64,000 nucleotides of DNA. Source: Octopus vulgaris. Its lineage: Eukaryota. The notes below the pieces were generated by a model, which ran no database searches, had not been told where the DNA came from, and was given only the letters and a program-made list of their open reading frames with translations. The stretch covers positions 94,550,001 through 94,614,000 of the forward strand of contig OX597817.1 of the NCBI GenBank assembly GCA_951406725.2. Reading direction: 5' to 3'. The translations under genes and the position numbers were made by a program. Positions 1 to 12,921 of this stretch are shown here, piece by piece. Positions within the stretch are counted from its first letter, which is position 1; each line of letters begins with the position of its first letter.

Positions 1-17
1 ATATATATATATATATA

Positions 18-213
18 TTTATTATATAGAAGGAGCTTCTACAGGACTAGAACTGTTTCATTCAAGAGAAATCTTCAGGAAGCTCCTGAAGATTTCTCTT
101 GAATGAAACAGTTCTAGTCCTGTAGAAGCTCCTTCTATATAATAAATTAATTTTACTCTGCTATGTATTGAGTACCTTATTTACTGTGGTTAACCCCGAA
201 TCAACCCGGGACC

Positions 214-215
<2 letters not shown>
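18..215. mobile_element. Fold-back (palindromic) Penelope-like pLTR fragment in (TA)n
   Basis: About 18-84 is the reverse complement of about 81-146, with no spacer and a centre at AGCT. A unique tail follows to 215. Flanked by (TA)n and carries a hammerhead motif. A second copy lies at 54352-54563. Confidence 0.75.
34..84 (-). ncRNA. Type I hammerhead ribozyme motif
   Basis: Minus strand reads AGCTTC-CTGAAGA-tTTC tctt GAAt-GAA-ACAG ttctagtc CTGT-A-GAAGCT: 6-bp stem I, canonical core, GUA cleavage triplet. The mirror copy on + at about 84-130 has a damaged stem I. Confidence 0.75.
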
Positions 216-259
<44 letters not shown>

Positions 260-263
260 TATA

Positions 264-302
<39 letters not shown>

Positions 303-345
303 TTACCTACATACATACATTCATACATGGATACACACATACATA

Positions 346-1170
346 CCTAAATGCCAATCTTGCGAAATTAAGCTTCATAAAATCAGAAAGGAGAAATCTG
401 ATTGGAAGACTACAAATCCAATCCATCACTGGGACTGTAAAAATCTGTAAAACTTTCCAGAAGTTTATCATTTAAATATATATGAGTATATCAAGATATG
501 CAACTATATGAATGAGAACACATGCATAAAACATACAAATCTGCACATACAAACATGCATACATACATACATACATACATACATACATACATACATACAT
601 ACATACATACATACATACATACATACAAGGAATACTGGTGGAATGTCCCAGTGAAGACCCCAATAAAATATAAGCGCAACAGACCTGATACAATGACTTG
701 GTATAGAGAAGAGAAACTGTGCACAGTTGTAGAAACTAACTGCCCAGCAGATGTTAACATAAAGCTGAAGATCAGTGGAAAAGAGAACAACTATACTGAA
801 CTATTGAGAAATCTGCAGTTACACTATCCATATTATAATTCCAGGTTTATACCTGTAATTATTGGGGCCCTGGAATATGTAACACGTTGCCTAGATACCC
901 ATCTTGAGAAATTAGGCTTCTCAGAACCAGAAAGGAGAAAGCTGATTCGAAGACTGTAGATCCAATTCATTACTGGAACTGTAAAAATTTTAAAAAAACT
1001 TTCCAGAAGTTTATTTAAATATATATGAGCCTCTCTCGATATGCAACTATATACACGAGAATACATACATAAAACATACAAATCTGCATATGCATACGTA
1101 CATACATACATACATACATACATACATACATACATACATACATACATACATACATACATACATACATTCA
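346..1170 (+). mobile_element. Two tandem 3' fragments of an R4/Dong-like non-LTR retrotransposon, each ending in (TACA)n
   Basis: ORF 522-959 contains an RLE endonuclease signature (RPD..W...VVETNCPAD..KENNY..L...IPVIIGAL). The 3' tail is repeated at about 385-560 and 930-1100. Confidence 0.75.
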
Positions 1171-2225
1171 ACTAACAAAAATACCCTGTTTTTGAGGTTG
1201 AAATTCCAATAAAGGAACGTTGGGTCTAGGTTAGAAACCGGTTTTAACTCTGTTGGCAAGAAATCTTGAAATAAACTAAATAATGACGTACATATGAGGG
1301 GAAATTTCACACTAACATCTTATAATGAGAATATTTTTCGTGTAACACAGCTGTTCCATGGGGACAATTACGTTCAGGGCTTCCGGCTCCTTCGTCAAAT
1401 GAGCCCAACTTCTGACAAAGTTTGAAAGAAAGACATTTCAGAAGACAGTGCGAAGAATGAATTGGAATGTACATGTTACTCTAATTATGTAAACGCGACA
1501 TTTCCTCATTCATCTATTCACAGCTGAACGACGCAGTGTGGCTTCCAAAACAAACTTTTACTCATTCTAAGAGTAAATCAGGTCATGTACAGAAACCCAA
1601 CAACCAGCTGCTAAATTGTGGGAACGCTAAAATTATGCACACTGTTGAGACTATCGATTTTAAAATACGACTAGAATTTGCAATCAAATCAGAAACAAAT
1701 TTCAGTAAAGATCTTTATAGAGTAAATATCAGAATTCTGAAGAATTGTATAGGGTGATTATATTTTGCTAACCTCTAAATGGTTTTCTAACAAATATGTA
1801 CACACGATCGCACATGCATACAGGGACATAGACTAACAGACACATGCAAAACACACATACACACACACTTAAGTATGTATATAAGTATGTATGTATGTAT
1901 GTATGTATGTATGTATGGATGGATGGATGGATGGATGGATGGATGGATGCATGCATGCATGCATGCATGTGTGTATGTATGTATGTATGTATGTATGTAT
2001 ATATGCATTACATGCCAATAGATTAAACTGGGTGGGACGAAATATTCTATACTGAGAGCATACTTATTGGAAACTGAAATTTCATAAATCGTTACTCTGA
2101 TCTTGGAATGACTACATCATCCCAAGTGTATACACGCATAGACACAAACATATTCATGCACACACACACGCATGTACACATACGTAAAGGTGTAGATATA
2201 CACGTGATATACATATTTATGCTTT

Positions 2226-2267
<42 letters not shown>

Positions 2268-2845
2268 GTATATTTCAATATATATATATATATATATATT
2301 TGTGTGTATTTATATATATATGTGTGTGTGTGCGTGTGTGTGTGTGTGTGTGCGTGTGCGTGCGTGTGCGTGCGTGTGTGTGTATGTATATATATATATA
2401 TATAATCATTTATGCAAACATACAAGCAGTTACACACACACAGAAAACAGAAAATAAAATTCAGTCGTGAATTTAAGAGGAACGATAATGTTGCTCGTAG
2501 TTCCCACTGTAAATCGGACCAGAAATTGTTGTAACAGTAATTTCGGGTCCTAATGAGCAATAATTATTGGTTACTGAGGTTTCGGCACATGTAAGATATT
2601 ATCACCCTAGACACTGAAATAACAATATATTACGGAACATTCTAAGAAACAGTTGCTTGTCTGTACACGTATGTGAATATATACAGTAGTGTTTGTGTTT
2701 TACTATAAAAGTGCATACATATTGCATATATTTGAGCATGTAATCGCGAGTGTATGTATCTATGTCTATGTGTCATTTCCTCACAGTCACAAACACACTT
2801 AAACATACATATATACATTCATACATACATACATACATACATACA

Positions 2846-2879
<34 letters not shown>

Positions 2880-3537
2880 CATACATACATCTATGTGTGT
2901 GTGTGTGTGTGTAGAAAGAGAGAGGTAGCGAGAGAGAAACATAAACATGAAAATGTCTATCCATCTATCTATCTATCTATCTATCTATCTGTCTGTCTGT
3001 CTGTCTGTCTACCCCCCTCTCTATTATAAATATATATATATATACACACACACACATAGATATGTATATATAGGCAAGCAGAGTTAACGGTTATAGTAAC
3101 CGACTAAGAGATAAAAATATCCGCAATTACTATCGGTATCAGTTACCTGTGCTATCCCTGGGCATGGGTATGCAAGCACACTATGCTCGCAGGGTACAGG
3201 TAACATCAGAATAACCCAAAGTTTATCAGGAGTCAAATTTAAATAATCAGAAAATGGAGAAAACTTTTGATCAACAACCAAACAAATTGGACCACTCTAG
3301 ATTTTTTTTTAAACAAAACATAACATAACATTTCTATGACAAAACAACTGTTACGGCCGTTTCCGCTTCCAATGCCAGTCGGTATTTATGAAAGAATTAT
3401 GAAAATAAAATTTAAAGGAACATCTGCAGATCCGAAGTGATGTTTCCCAAGTGACTAGATTGAAACATGTGTCGGCCTTTTAATGCTTATTTTAAAATTA
3501 TATGTTTCTTTGATATTTTTTATATTCATTTATTTAC

Positions 3538-3829
3538 TATTGGGTAGGTGCATAATTACTGCGGCTTTTTTTTCAACAAATTTTATTCAGCAAAGACATC
3601 TTTAAATGATTATTCTGGAACATATTCACCATCTACTTCAATTACTGCTTCCTATTTGCTAGGCAGACGGTCAGATCGTTATTTAAAGTTGTTTAAAACA
3701 ATCCACGCAGGCAGAGAGGGAAAATAACGAAAATCAATAAAAAAAAGTTGTTTTTGTTAAATATTGTTATTGTTTTTTTGAATAGAATTTGTTGAAAAAC
3801 AGCCGCAATAACTATGCACCAACCCAATA
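3538..3829. mobile_element. Mariner-type MITE / internally deleted element
   Basis: Terminal inverted repeats tattgggtaggtgcataattactgcggct / agccgcaataactatgcaccaacccaata with TA ends. The right TIR is duplicated again at about 4207-4234. Confidence 0.6.
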
Positions 3830-5528
3830 TATATATAAGTTATAAGATGTATAAAAACATGTAAGATACAAATAAATATCTGTAAATATAAAACCATCCG
3901 AATTTCTGAGTACCCCATTTCTTCTAATATAAAATATCTGTACATCATCTCCAAAACTTCTAATATATATATATACATTATAATTAGGGTTCAGCAAAGA
4001 TTTGCTTTACCACATACCGAAGTTTAGAAATAGCAGCCAAAAAACCTTAGCTATTTCTTCTACTTTAAAAAGGGACTCCCAGAAAAACCAAAATACTTGA
4101 AAATAATCCACGCAGGCAGAGAGGGAAAATAACGAAAATCAATCAAAAAAGTTGTTTTTGTTAAATATTGTTATTGTTTTTATTGAATAGAATTTGTTGA
4201 AAAACAGCCGCAATAACAATGCACCAACCCAATATATTTTATTTTGCTTAACATGATACGAATAAAATAGGCATCCGTAACTAAGTCTCTGTTTTGTTAT
4301 ATATATATAAAGCTGAAGTTGTCTTTGTATGACTGGTTTTGTAGCCTTCATCTAGCACTATCTCCTCCGAGACCCTGAGGCGCAAGTTGACCAAAATTGA
4401 GAGCATGATACAAGAAGGCTGGCTCTTCCTTCCGTAGAAGAAAAAATTCAAATCGGACCATGTTAACACCAAAAATTATTTACATCAAAATGTGCTTTTT
4501 TTTCTCTGAAAGTCCTTGTTTTTTACGATTTTTGACTGCTGTGTCGCCATTTTTCAGTGTATTTCAAACAGAACAATGTTCACTTAAAGAGAGTAACAAA
4601 CTACATAATGCATAATTTTACTTTTCAAAAATTCCAATTCTAAAGGGTCGAAAATAAAACAAGCCCGAGCAACGCTGGGCTATACTGCTAACACTCCCTT
4701 CAGATACACACACACACGCGCGCGCGCGCACACACACACACACACATTCTCTCTCTCATTTTCTCCCCATTCATCACCCTCTTGTACTATTTTATATCCC
4801 TCCCCGCTACTACACACTCAATAGCACTATAAAATGGTCAAATTCTCTTCCCCAAGATCTTAGACCCCCCCCCCTGGGGTAAACATCCTGACCAACTACA
4901 AAAGAAACAAGCAAAACAATTTTTTCTTCTTTCCTCTCTCCCTTTTCTCTCTTCCCCTCTTTTTCTTTAACAACCCTTCCAAATACAAAAACACACACAC
5001 GCACACACACGCACACGCACACACACACACACACACACATGTTCTCTCTCTCTCTCTCACTTTCTCCCCATTCATCACCCTGTTGTACTATCTTATATCC
5101 CTCCCACCACTACACACTCAATAACACGATAAAATGGTCAAAACCTTTTCACAGGAACTTAGTTCGCTTTGAAAACCCCACTAGAATGGGAGAAAGCGCT
5201 AATATATGATATATGATATAAGTTATAGGATGTATAAAAACATGTAATATACAAATAAATATCTGTAAATATAAAACCATCCGAATTTCTGAGTACCCCA
5301 TTTCTTCTAATATAAAATATCTGTACATCATCTCCAACACTTCTAATATATATATATACTTTATAATTAGGGTTCAGCAAAGATTTGCTTTACCACATAC
5401 CGAAGTTTAGAAATAGCAGCCAAAAAACCTTAGCTATTTCTTCTACTTTAAAAAGGGACTCCCAGAAAAACCAAAATACTTGAAAACAATCCACGCAGGC
5501 AGAGAGGAAAAATAACGAAAATCAATCA
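3699..5528. repeat. Complex local duplications
   Basis: 3699-3830 recurs at 4104-4234, about 3836-4145 recurs at 5218-5528, and about 4745-4842 recurs at 5040-5142. Confidence 0.75.
4298..4691 (+). mobile_element. Non-autonomous Helitron (decayed ends)
   Basis: Paralog of 9203-9590. Has the 3' hairpin cccgagcaacgctggg followed by tatactgctaa (decayed CTAG). Confidence 0.65.
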
Positions 5529-5539
5529 ATATCTGGTCA

Positions 5540-5622
5540 CCCATGTACGCGCGTTTCGGATTTAGATCGGTATAAAGAATATAGAATTATACTTTACCAA
5601 CCATTTTCTTCATCAGCATGGG
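5540..5622 (-). ncRNA. Type I hammerhead ribozyme motif
   Basis: CCCATG-CTGATGA-(~50-nt stem II)-GAA-ACGCGCGT-A-CATGGG, with a palindromic stem III and GUA triplet. Confidence 0.8.
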
Positions 5623-6000
5623 ACTTCGGTATGTGGTAAAGCAAATCTTTTCTGAACCCTAATTATAAAGTATTATTTAAGTTTACCGTGAAATGGTCCT
5701 TTTTCATGCCGAATTCTACTTGGTGAAATTATTGATTACTTCTTAATTAATTAATTTTACCCTTTGTTATTATTGATAATAGAGTTTTCTCCCTGATAAC
5801 AAACTACAGATTTTTTCTGTAGTATTTTACTTGACGACACACGCGGATGGGCAGGGGGAGATGATGAACCTCATTCATATTTTAAATTCGGCGGTATTAA
5901 CACTGAATATAATCTGTCTGATACCGTTAGGTGGAGAGATATGTTCAATTATTCCAGTACCATCGAATTTAATATTTTTAATATTTGATATTGTTGGAGT

Positions 6001-6083
6001 CCCATGCTGATGAAGAAAATGGTTGGTAAAGTATAATTCTATATTCTTTATACCGATCTAATTTCGAAACGGGCGTACATGGG
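6001..6083 (+). ncRNA. Type I hammerhead ribozyme motif
   Basis: CCCATG-CTGATGA-(long stem II)-GAA-ACG gg CGT-A-CATGGG; predicted cleavage after 6077. Confidence 0.8.
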
Positions 6084-6361
6084 TGATCAGATATTGATTG
6101 ATTTTCGTTATTTTTCCTCTCTGCCTGCGTGGATTATTTTCAAATATTTTGGTTTTTCTGGGAGTCCCTTTTTAAAGTAGAAGAAATAGCTAAGGTTTTT
6201 TGGCTGCTATTTCTAAACTTCGGTATGTGGTAAATTAAATCTTTGCTGAACCCTAATTATAAAGTATTACTTAAGTTTACCGTGAAATGGTCCTTTTTCA
6301 TGCCGAATTCTACTTGGTGAAATTATTGATTACTTCTTAATTAATTAATTTTACCCTTTGT

Positions 6362-6407
<46 letters not shown>

Positions 6408-6420
6408 ATGTATATATATG

Positions 6421-6502
<82 letters not shown>

Positions 6503-6504
<2 letters not shown>

Positions 6505-7168
6505 ATTAAAATCTTAGGGTAGCAAGAATGTTCATCGAAAAATTCTTAGTTACCAGTGGTCTAGCGAGAAAGAAAAAATTAGTCAATAGACTATATATTA
6601 TTCAGAGAAGAATACAGTGTACGTTCAAACACAAAAGAGATACTTTCGGAATTGCAACAATTGGTGGCTTGGAGTTTTAACTGCTCTTTCTAGCGAGTCA
6701 GATATCCTATTTTTCAGGTATCTATTTTGTGTTCGAACGTACACTGTATTCTTCTCTGAATAATATATAGTCTATTGACTATTTTTTTCTTTCTCGCTAG
6801 ACCACTGGTAACTAAGAATTTTTCGATGAATATTCTTGTTACCCTAAGATTTTAATTAATGATAAGATGTTTTTTGGCTAATTCTGGAAGAAAATCGGCA
6901 ATTTATAATTAGTGCTGGTTGAGTTCTGCTTCTACGCGGTAAATTCGAAAAATTAGAACCTATAGTCACGTGGCAGGTTATTTATCGCTTCGTGCCTATA
7001 TGTTCAGTCCTGGTAAGCTACTGAAGAAGCAGCGTCAGATATAGACTGAAATTATTTTATTTCAGTCTGTATTTAAGTCTGCAGAAACCTTGCAGGATCT
7101 AGGATTAAGGTAAAAGTTTTTATTTTCCAATCACTTTCGGAATTACAACAATTGGTGGCTCGGAGTTT

Positions 7169-7173
<5 letters not shown>
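6503..7173 (+). mobile_element. Retrozyme-like non-coding element (copy A)
   Basis: actttcggaatt(g/a)caacaattggtggc recurs at about 6642 and 7133 (unit ~490 nt). 6503-6641 is an inverted copy of about 6718-6858. Flanked by (TA)n. Confidence 0.7.
7018..7102 (+). ncRNA. Degenerate hammerhead motif
   Basis: cta-CTGAAGA-(long hairpin gcag..agactgaaat/atttcagtct..ctgc)-GAAA-ccttgcagg-ATC-tag. Stem III is imperfect. Confidence 0.55.
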
Positions 7174-7230
<57 letters not shown>

Positions 7231-7704
7231 CCAAATCAAAAAATAAACCCACATACTAAGCGAACAAAGATGAATCATCCCAAATCTTTTGGACGCGCAC
7301 ACGCACACACACACATTCACATACCCCCTTTTTACATGCACACACATATTCAACGCTATTTGATTTATTTTTTCAGCATACAATTTTCATCATCCCACTA
7401 CCCAGTATGACATTATCCCTTCCTTATTCATCTATCACCCTTTCCTTTCTCATTCATAAACAGAAGAGTTTTATTATAGTAGATTATCTCGGTAACTATG
7501 GGAGCTATGAAAAGAAATACAAAGCCCAGCATCACCACCGGATCATTGTACACATCTATGTAATGTTTCGTGCAATTCCACCCAGCCATTTGACAGTGAA
7601 TCCCAAGACAAGAAAGAATCGCCCATGCCAAATTTATATGTATGTGTGTGTGTGTGTGTGTGTGAGTGTTTGTGTGTGTGTATGTATATGTATATGTATG
7701 TATG

Positions 7705-7750
<46 letters not shown>

Positions 7751-7776
7751 CATACATATATGTATGTATATATATT

Positions 7777-7879
<103 letters not shown>

Positions 7880-7880
7880 G

Positions 7881-8380
<500 letters not shown>

Positions 8381-8381
8381 A

Positions 8382-8439
<58 letters not shown>

Positions 8440-9202
8440 TAGAACAGGAAGTTAAACACAGAGACACTCACACAGATACACACACAGACACAAAAACTCA
8501 ACTTGTGTGTCTGGGTGTGTATCTGGGTGTGTGTCTGTGTGTTTAACTTCCCGGCACATCTCCTCCTAGACAACAAATCGTAGAACCACCAAAAATGGCT
8601 CACTTAAAGTTTAGGCGAATGAAAATTGAACTGCGCTATTTCTGTTCCGGAATTCATCTCGCAAGTGCAAAAATCGATAATGTGTTTGTTTAGGCCTTAT
8701 CCTATGCATTGAATAGTGAACTTTACTCAGTCAGCTGTTTGACGTGAACTGTGTTCACCACGCGTGCAAGCATGTGTAATTTGCATGAAAAATAAAAAAT
8801 CAAGATATAAAAACGAATCGCCGTAAACATTGTAGCAATTCGGCAAAGAAATGAATTTTAGGGATGTAGCCTGGAGGGTTTTTTCGTATTAATCGTTTGG
8901 ACTTTGTGAACACATACCAATTGTTTTCATAACATTTTTAACGCTTTGAATTAAATGTGACCATTTTGCGTTGAGTCTGCAGTTTGAATCACTTTATCCA
9001 AATTTTAGCAGGCCGGATTTTTGATCATCACGATACATCGCCAGCGACTCTCTGAAACTCTCCCTTGAAATCCCCGTTGAGAAATCTATATATATAAAAC
9101 ACAACTTGTGTGTCTGTGTGTGTATCTGTGTGTGTGCCTGTGTGTTTAACTTTTGGATCTACCAAGTTTCATTATCAATGATGGAAAGTAGTGTGTAGCA
9201 AA

Positions 9203-9590
9203 TCTATATATATAAAGCTGAAGTTGTCTGTGTGTGACAGGTTTGTAGCCTTCAACTAATACTATCGCCTTCGAGACCCTGCAGCGCAAGTTGACCAAAA
9301 TTGAGAGTATGATATAAGAAGGCTTGCTCTTCATTATGTAGAAGATAAAATTCAAATCGGACCACGTTAACACCAAAAATTATTTACATCAAAAAGGTGC
9401 TTTTTTTCTATGAAAATCTTTATTTTTTACGATTTTTGATTGCTGTGTCACCATTTTTCGGTGTATTTCAACTGGAAAAATGTTCACTTGAAGAGAATAA
9501 CAAGTTGCATAATGCAAAACTTTTACTTTTCAAATATTTTAATTCTAAAGGGTCGAAACAAACCCAAGCAACACCGGGTGATACTGCTAG
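9203..9590 (+). mobile_element. Non-autonomous Helitron
   Basis: A|TC 5' end, 3' hairpin-like cccaagcaacaccggg, then CTAG|T. An additional Helitron-like 5' end lies at about 9085. Confidence 0.75.
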
Positions 9591-9604
9591 TATATATATA
9601 TATT

Positions 9605-9646
<42 letters not shown>

Positions 9647-9647
9647 T

Positions 9648-10252
9648 TTCAACAATATTAAGGAATGGCCTTGATAGGCCATTCGACCCACTAGAAAGAG
9701 CAGCTAAACTCAAACCGCTAAATAGTTGTAATTCAGAAACCAAAGGAAAATAAAAACATTTACCCTTATCATCTTTGGACTATGCATAGTTTCGACATAC
9801 ATATTGTGAAACCGATTTAATTAAATTAAATTAAATTTATTTGCCACTGGCTTGTCTCATCAGCAAGGAAGCCAGGGAAATATATATCCACGAGACAACA
9901 GCATCGACGCCTCGAGAATATATATTCTAAATTTTCAAAATCTACCGTCACCGCGCCAACTTCTCGGCAGCAAATATAAACTGCTGATTTAATTTCGGAA
10001 TTAGCCAAAAAATCATTAATTAATCAATATCAGGGTAGCAAAAAATTCAAGAGAAATTATTTCGCTACCAGCGGTCCAGTGAGAAAGAAAAAGTAGTCAA
10101 CAGACTATATAATATACATTCAACAATATTAAGGAATGGCCTTGATAGGCCATTCGACCCACTAGAAAGAGCAGCTAAACTCAAACCACTAAATAGTTGT
10201 AATTCAGAAATCAAAGGAAAACAAAAACATTTACCCTTATCATCTTTGGACT
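9648..10252 (-). mobile_element. Retrozyme-like non-coding element (copy B), 471-nt unit in partial tandem
   Basis: 9648-9781 is repeated at 10119-10252. Shares sequence blocks with 6503-7173 and 32379-32848. Confidence 0.75.
9773..9868 (-). ncRNA. Type I hammerhead ribozyme motif
   Basis: ccTTG-CTGATGA-GACA...(AT-rich insert)...TGTC-GAA-ACTATGCATAGT-C-CAAag, with a 12-nt palindromic stem III and GUC triplet. Confidence 0.8.
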
Positions 10253-10755
10253 GCATGTATGTATGTATGTATACATATATATATGTACATGTTATCAACC
10301 GCACATATTCAATGTATGTGTTTTGCTTGTTTGCAGGTTCGCTGCGGTAAAGTGCCTCAAGAACGGCTCCCTCATTGCATGAGTGTTAAAACACCTGGAA
10401 GTTATCGACAGGCGAGATAACTCACCCCAGATCCCATTTAGACGTGATGGATACCGATATTTAGCTTTTTACACTAATTTATATTGTCATGGAGTTCCAA
10501 TTCATGTCATCTCTGGTTCGATTCAGGTACATGACATGATAAGCTACAAAAATGGTGAAATATCGGTATACATCTGGAACGAGTTGTCTCACATGTCTAT
10601 GGCTTTCAGGTATTTTAATATCCAGTACAATGAGGGAATCGTCCATGAGGCGCTTTACCGCAACGAACCGGTAAACAAAGCATATACATTGAGTGTGTGC
10701 CATTGACAATGGTTACTACAATAGCGCTGCTTTGAATTCGTTACTGAAAATATAC

Positions 10756-10786
<31 letters not shown>

Positions 10787-11297
10787 TGTATGTATATAGG
10801 AAACATCCAGGGGAATAATTACAACGTAGCTAAATGTTGCTTAAGTGTCTCAGGATTTAATTCCGGGTAGTAAGTCGTATTTAGTAGAAAGAAGGAAAAT
10901 TAAACAGTGTGTGTGTGTGCACGAGTAAGCACATAAATGCAAATCAAGGTGGAAAAAAATAGTACTCGAATACCAAAGGTAGAGTAATATGCTTTTTTCT
11001 TGTTAAAGCTGCAAAAACATCACAAAAACTCAGAGTTTTACGTTCACGTTCGACGGGTAGTTGTGATCAAGTTTCTTGACATAGTTTTCTTTGTACGTAG
11101 TTTTTGTTGTTAAATACTCTGAATTTCTCTCAATTATGCAAAAGGAGTTGGATTTACCCATCATGCATGGGGAATTTCCTAGGATTTGTATTCTACTTAC
11201 ATTTACTGGTATCTGATTGGTGAACATTTAGCCAAATTCTTTTAATACTCGGTGTTTGATATCTGACACGATTTTTAATCCCATTTTTTCTTCTATA

Positions 11298-11402
<105 letters not shown>

Positions 11403-12434
11403 GTGCGTGCGTGTTTGTGTAAGTGTGTGTGATAACCGCTTAGCCACTATTGTTCCCATAGCTACTCTGACCCGAAATAGTAGTAGCTGCCACAGTCCCA
11501 GTTATGGGTTAACTACTAGCACCTGAGTGCGGTGAGGCAGAAATACCCTTTTATCACATAGAGAGGAATTCTATTATGTAAAACGTAGTTTCTCGTGCCT
11601 TCTGTTCACCCTGTTCCAGCCTGTCACTAGGCACTAATCATGGAAACTCAGAAGGTGTTACTCGTGTTGCCGAAGTGTTTATCACTATACCCAAACGAAC
11701 AGATGTCTCTTTATCGTGCCATCGTCTGTCGTTTGTCATTTCATTTACTGCAACTCCTATGGCGATGCAGGAGCGGTGACGTGCGCAGATCTTAGCGTTG
11801 TTGTGTCTTCCGGTAACAAGGACCAACTCCGGTGGATATTTGTGTGATTGAGCAGCTTCTTTTTAGAGAAAGCACTGCTCATCCAAGTTCTAGAGAAAAT
11901 ACTAGAAAAGAAGATGCTAAAAATTGCCTATCACATCGACGCTAGTTAGCTTCCTGCAGTAGTTCATTCGGTTAGGTATCTCCGAGGAAGATCAGCTTAC
12001 AATCCCTCGCTCCCAATTCAACCTCTTTTTTTTCCTTAAGATCGTCACATAACACTCCAATATTGGTTTCAGGAACATATACTATCCCATATAATACTAA
12101 AAATATCAGTATTTTTGTCATTTTGGTTATTTTTGTTCTATCTGAAACATTTTCAAACATGCTGAAATGATCTTTTATTTATTCTTTCTTATAGTATTAA
12201 TTTGTAATTCAAAATATCATCTCTTCTTCTTTTTTTTGTTACATTGCTCAGCTGTTTGAGTTCTATTTCGCAACATTTTCATTTTGTTTTTTCATTCGTT
12301 CATTTTTTTTTCTCTTGTCACTATTCTAATTGAAAAGTGTAATGGCTAGACATGTAGACGTTTATGTTTAATACATGTACATAAATACATTTATACATAC
12401 ATATGGATAAAAATCTTTATCTCTCTATCTGACC

Positions 12435-12480
<46 letters not shown>

Positions 12481-12820
12481 GTGTGTAAGTGTGTGTGTCT
12501 ATGTATATGCACATACATGTTTGTGTGTATGCATGTATGTGTGTACGTATGTATTTATGTATGTGTGTATGTGTGTATGTATGTATGTGTGTACGTACTA
12601 TGTCACACAAAATTTGAGATGGAAGTTGCAAACTAAGAGAGCAGGTATGTGCTAAGAAGCATTGCTTGTATGTCGAATAGTTTTATGTGTTTGCTTTTTT
12701 TTTCTCTTGTCAAAATCTATTAAATTAATGTAAATTGATATCTAAGGAAATTCTAAAACCATTTAAAATGAATTTATATATAAAATTATATGCATATACA
12801 GTATGTGTATATATACATAC

Positions 12821-12895
<75 letters not shown>

Positions 12896-12921
12896 CAGAC
12901 AGTTAATACATATATATTGTA

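Larger units (their letters stand above)
5361..6368 (+). mobile_element. Non-coding hammerhead element: ~594-nt unit in partial tandem plus 5' inverted segment
   Basis: cttcggtatgtggtaaa occurs at about 5624 and 6218. 5361-5623 is the reverse complement of about 6000-6262. Ends in (TA)n. Confidence 0.7.

Noticed and set aside
168-3029. Numerous 60-150 aa ORFs rich in YI, HT, CV or MYVC (here and throughout the window)
   Set aside because: They are translations of dinucleotide and tetranucleotide microsatellites, with no coding evidence.
3340-3480. GAAA followed by palindromes (acggccgt on minus, acatgt on plus), suggestive of hammerheads
   Set aside because: No recognisable CUGANGA-type core or stem I could be paired.
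11028-11060. Decayed hammerhead-like motif on the minus strand (CCGTCGA-ACGT ga ACGT-AAAA-CTCTGAGT)
   Set aside because: Three core mismatches and no stem I; at best a dead remnant.
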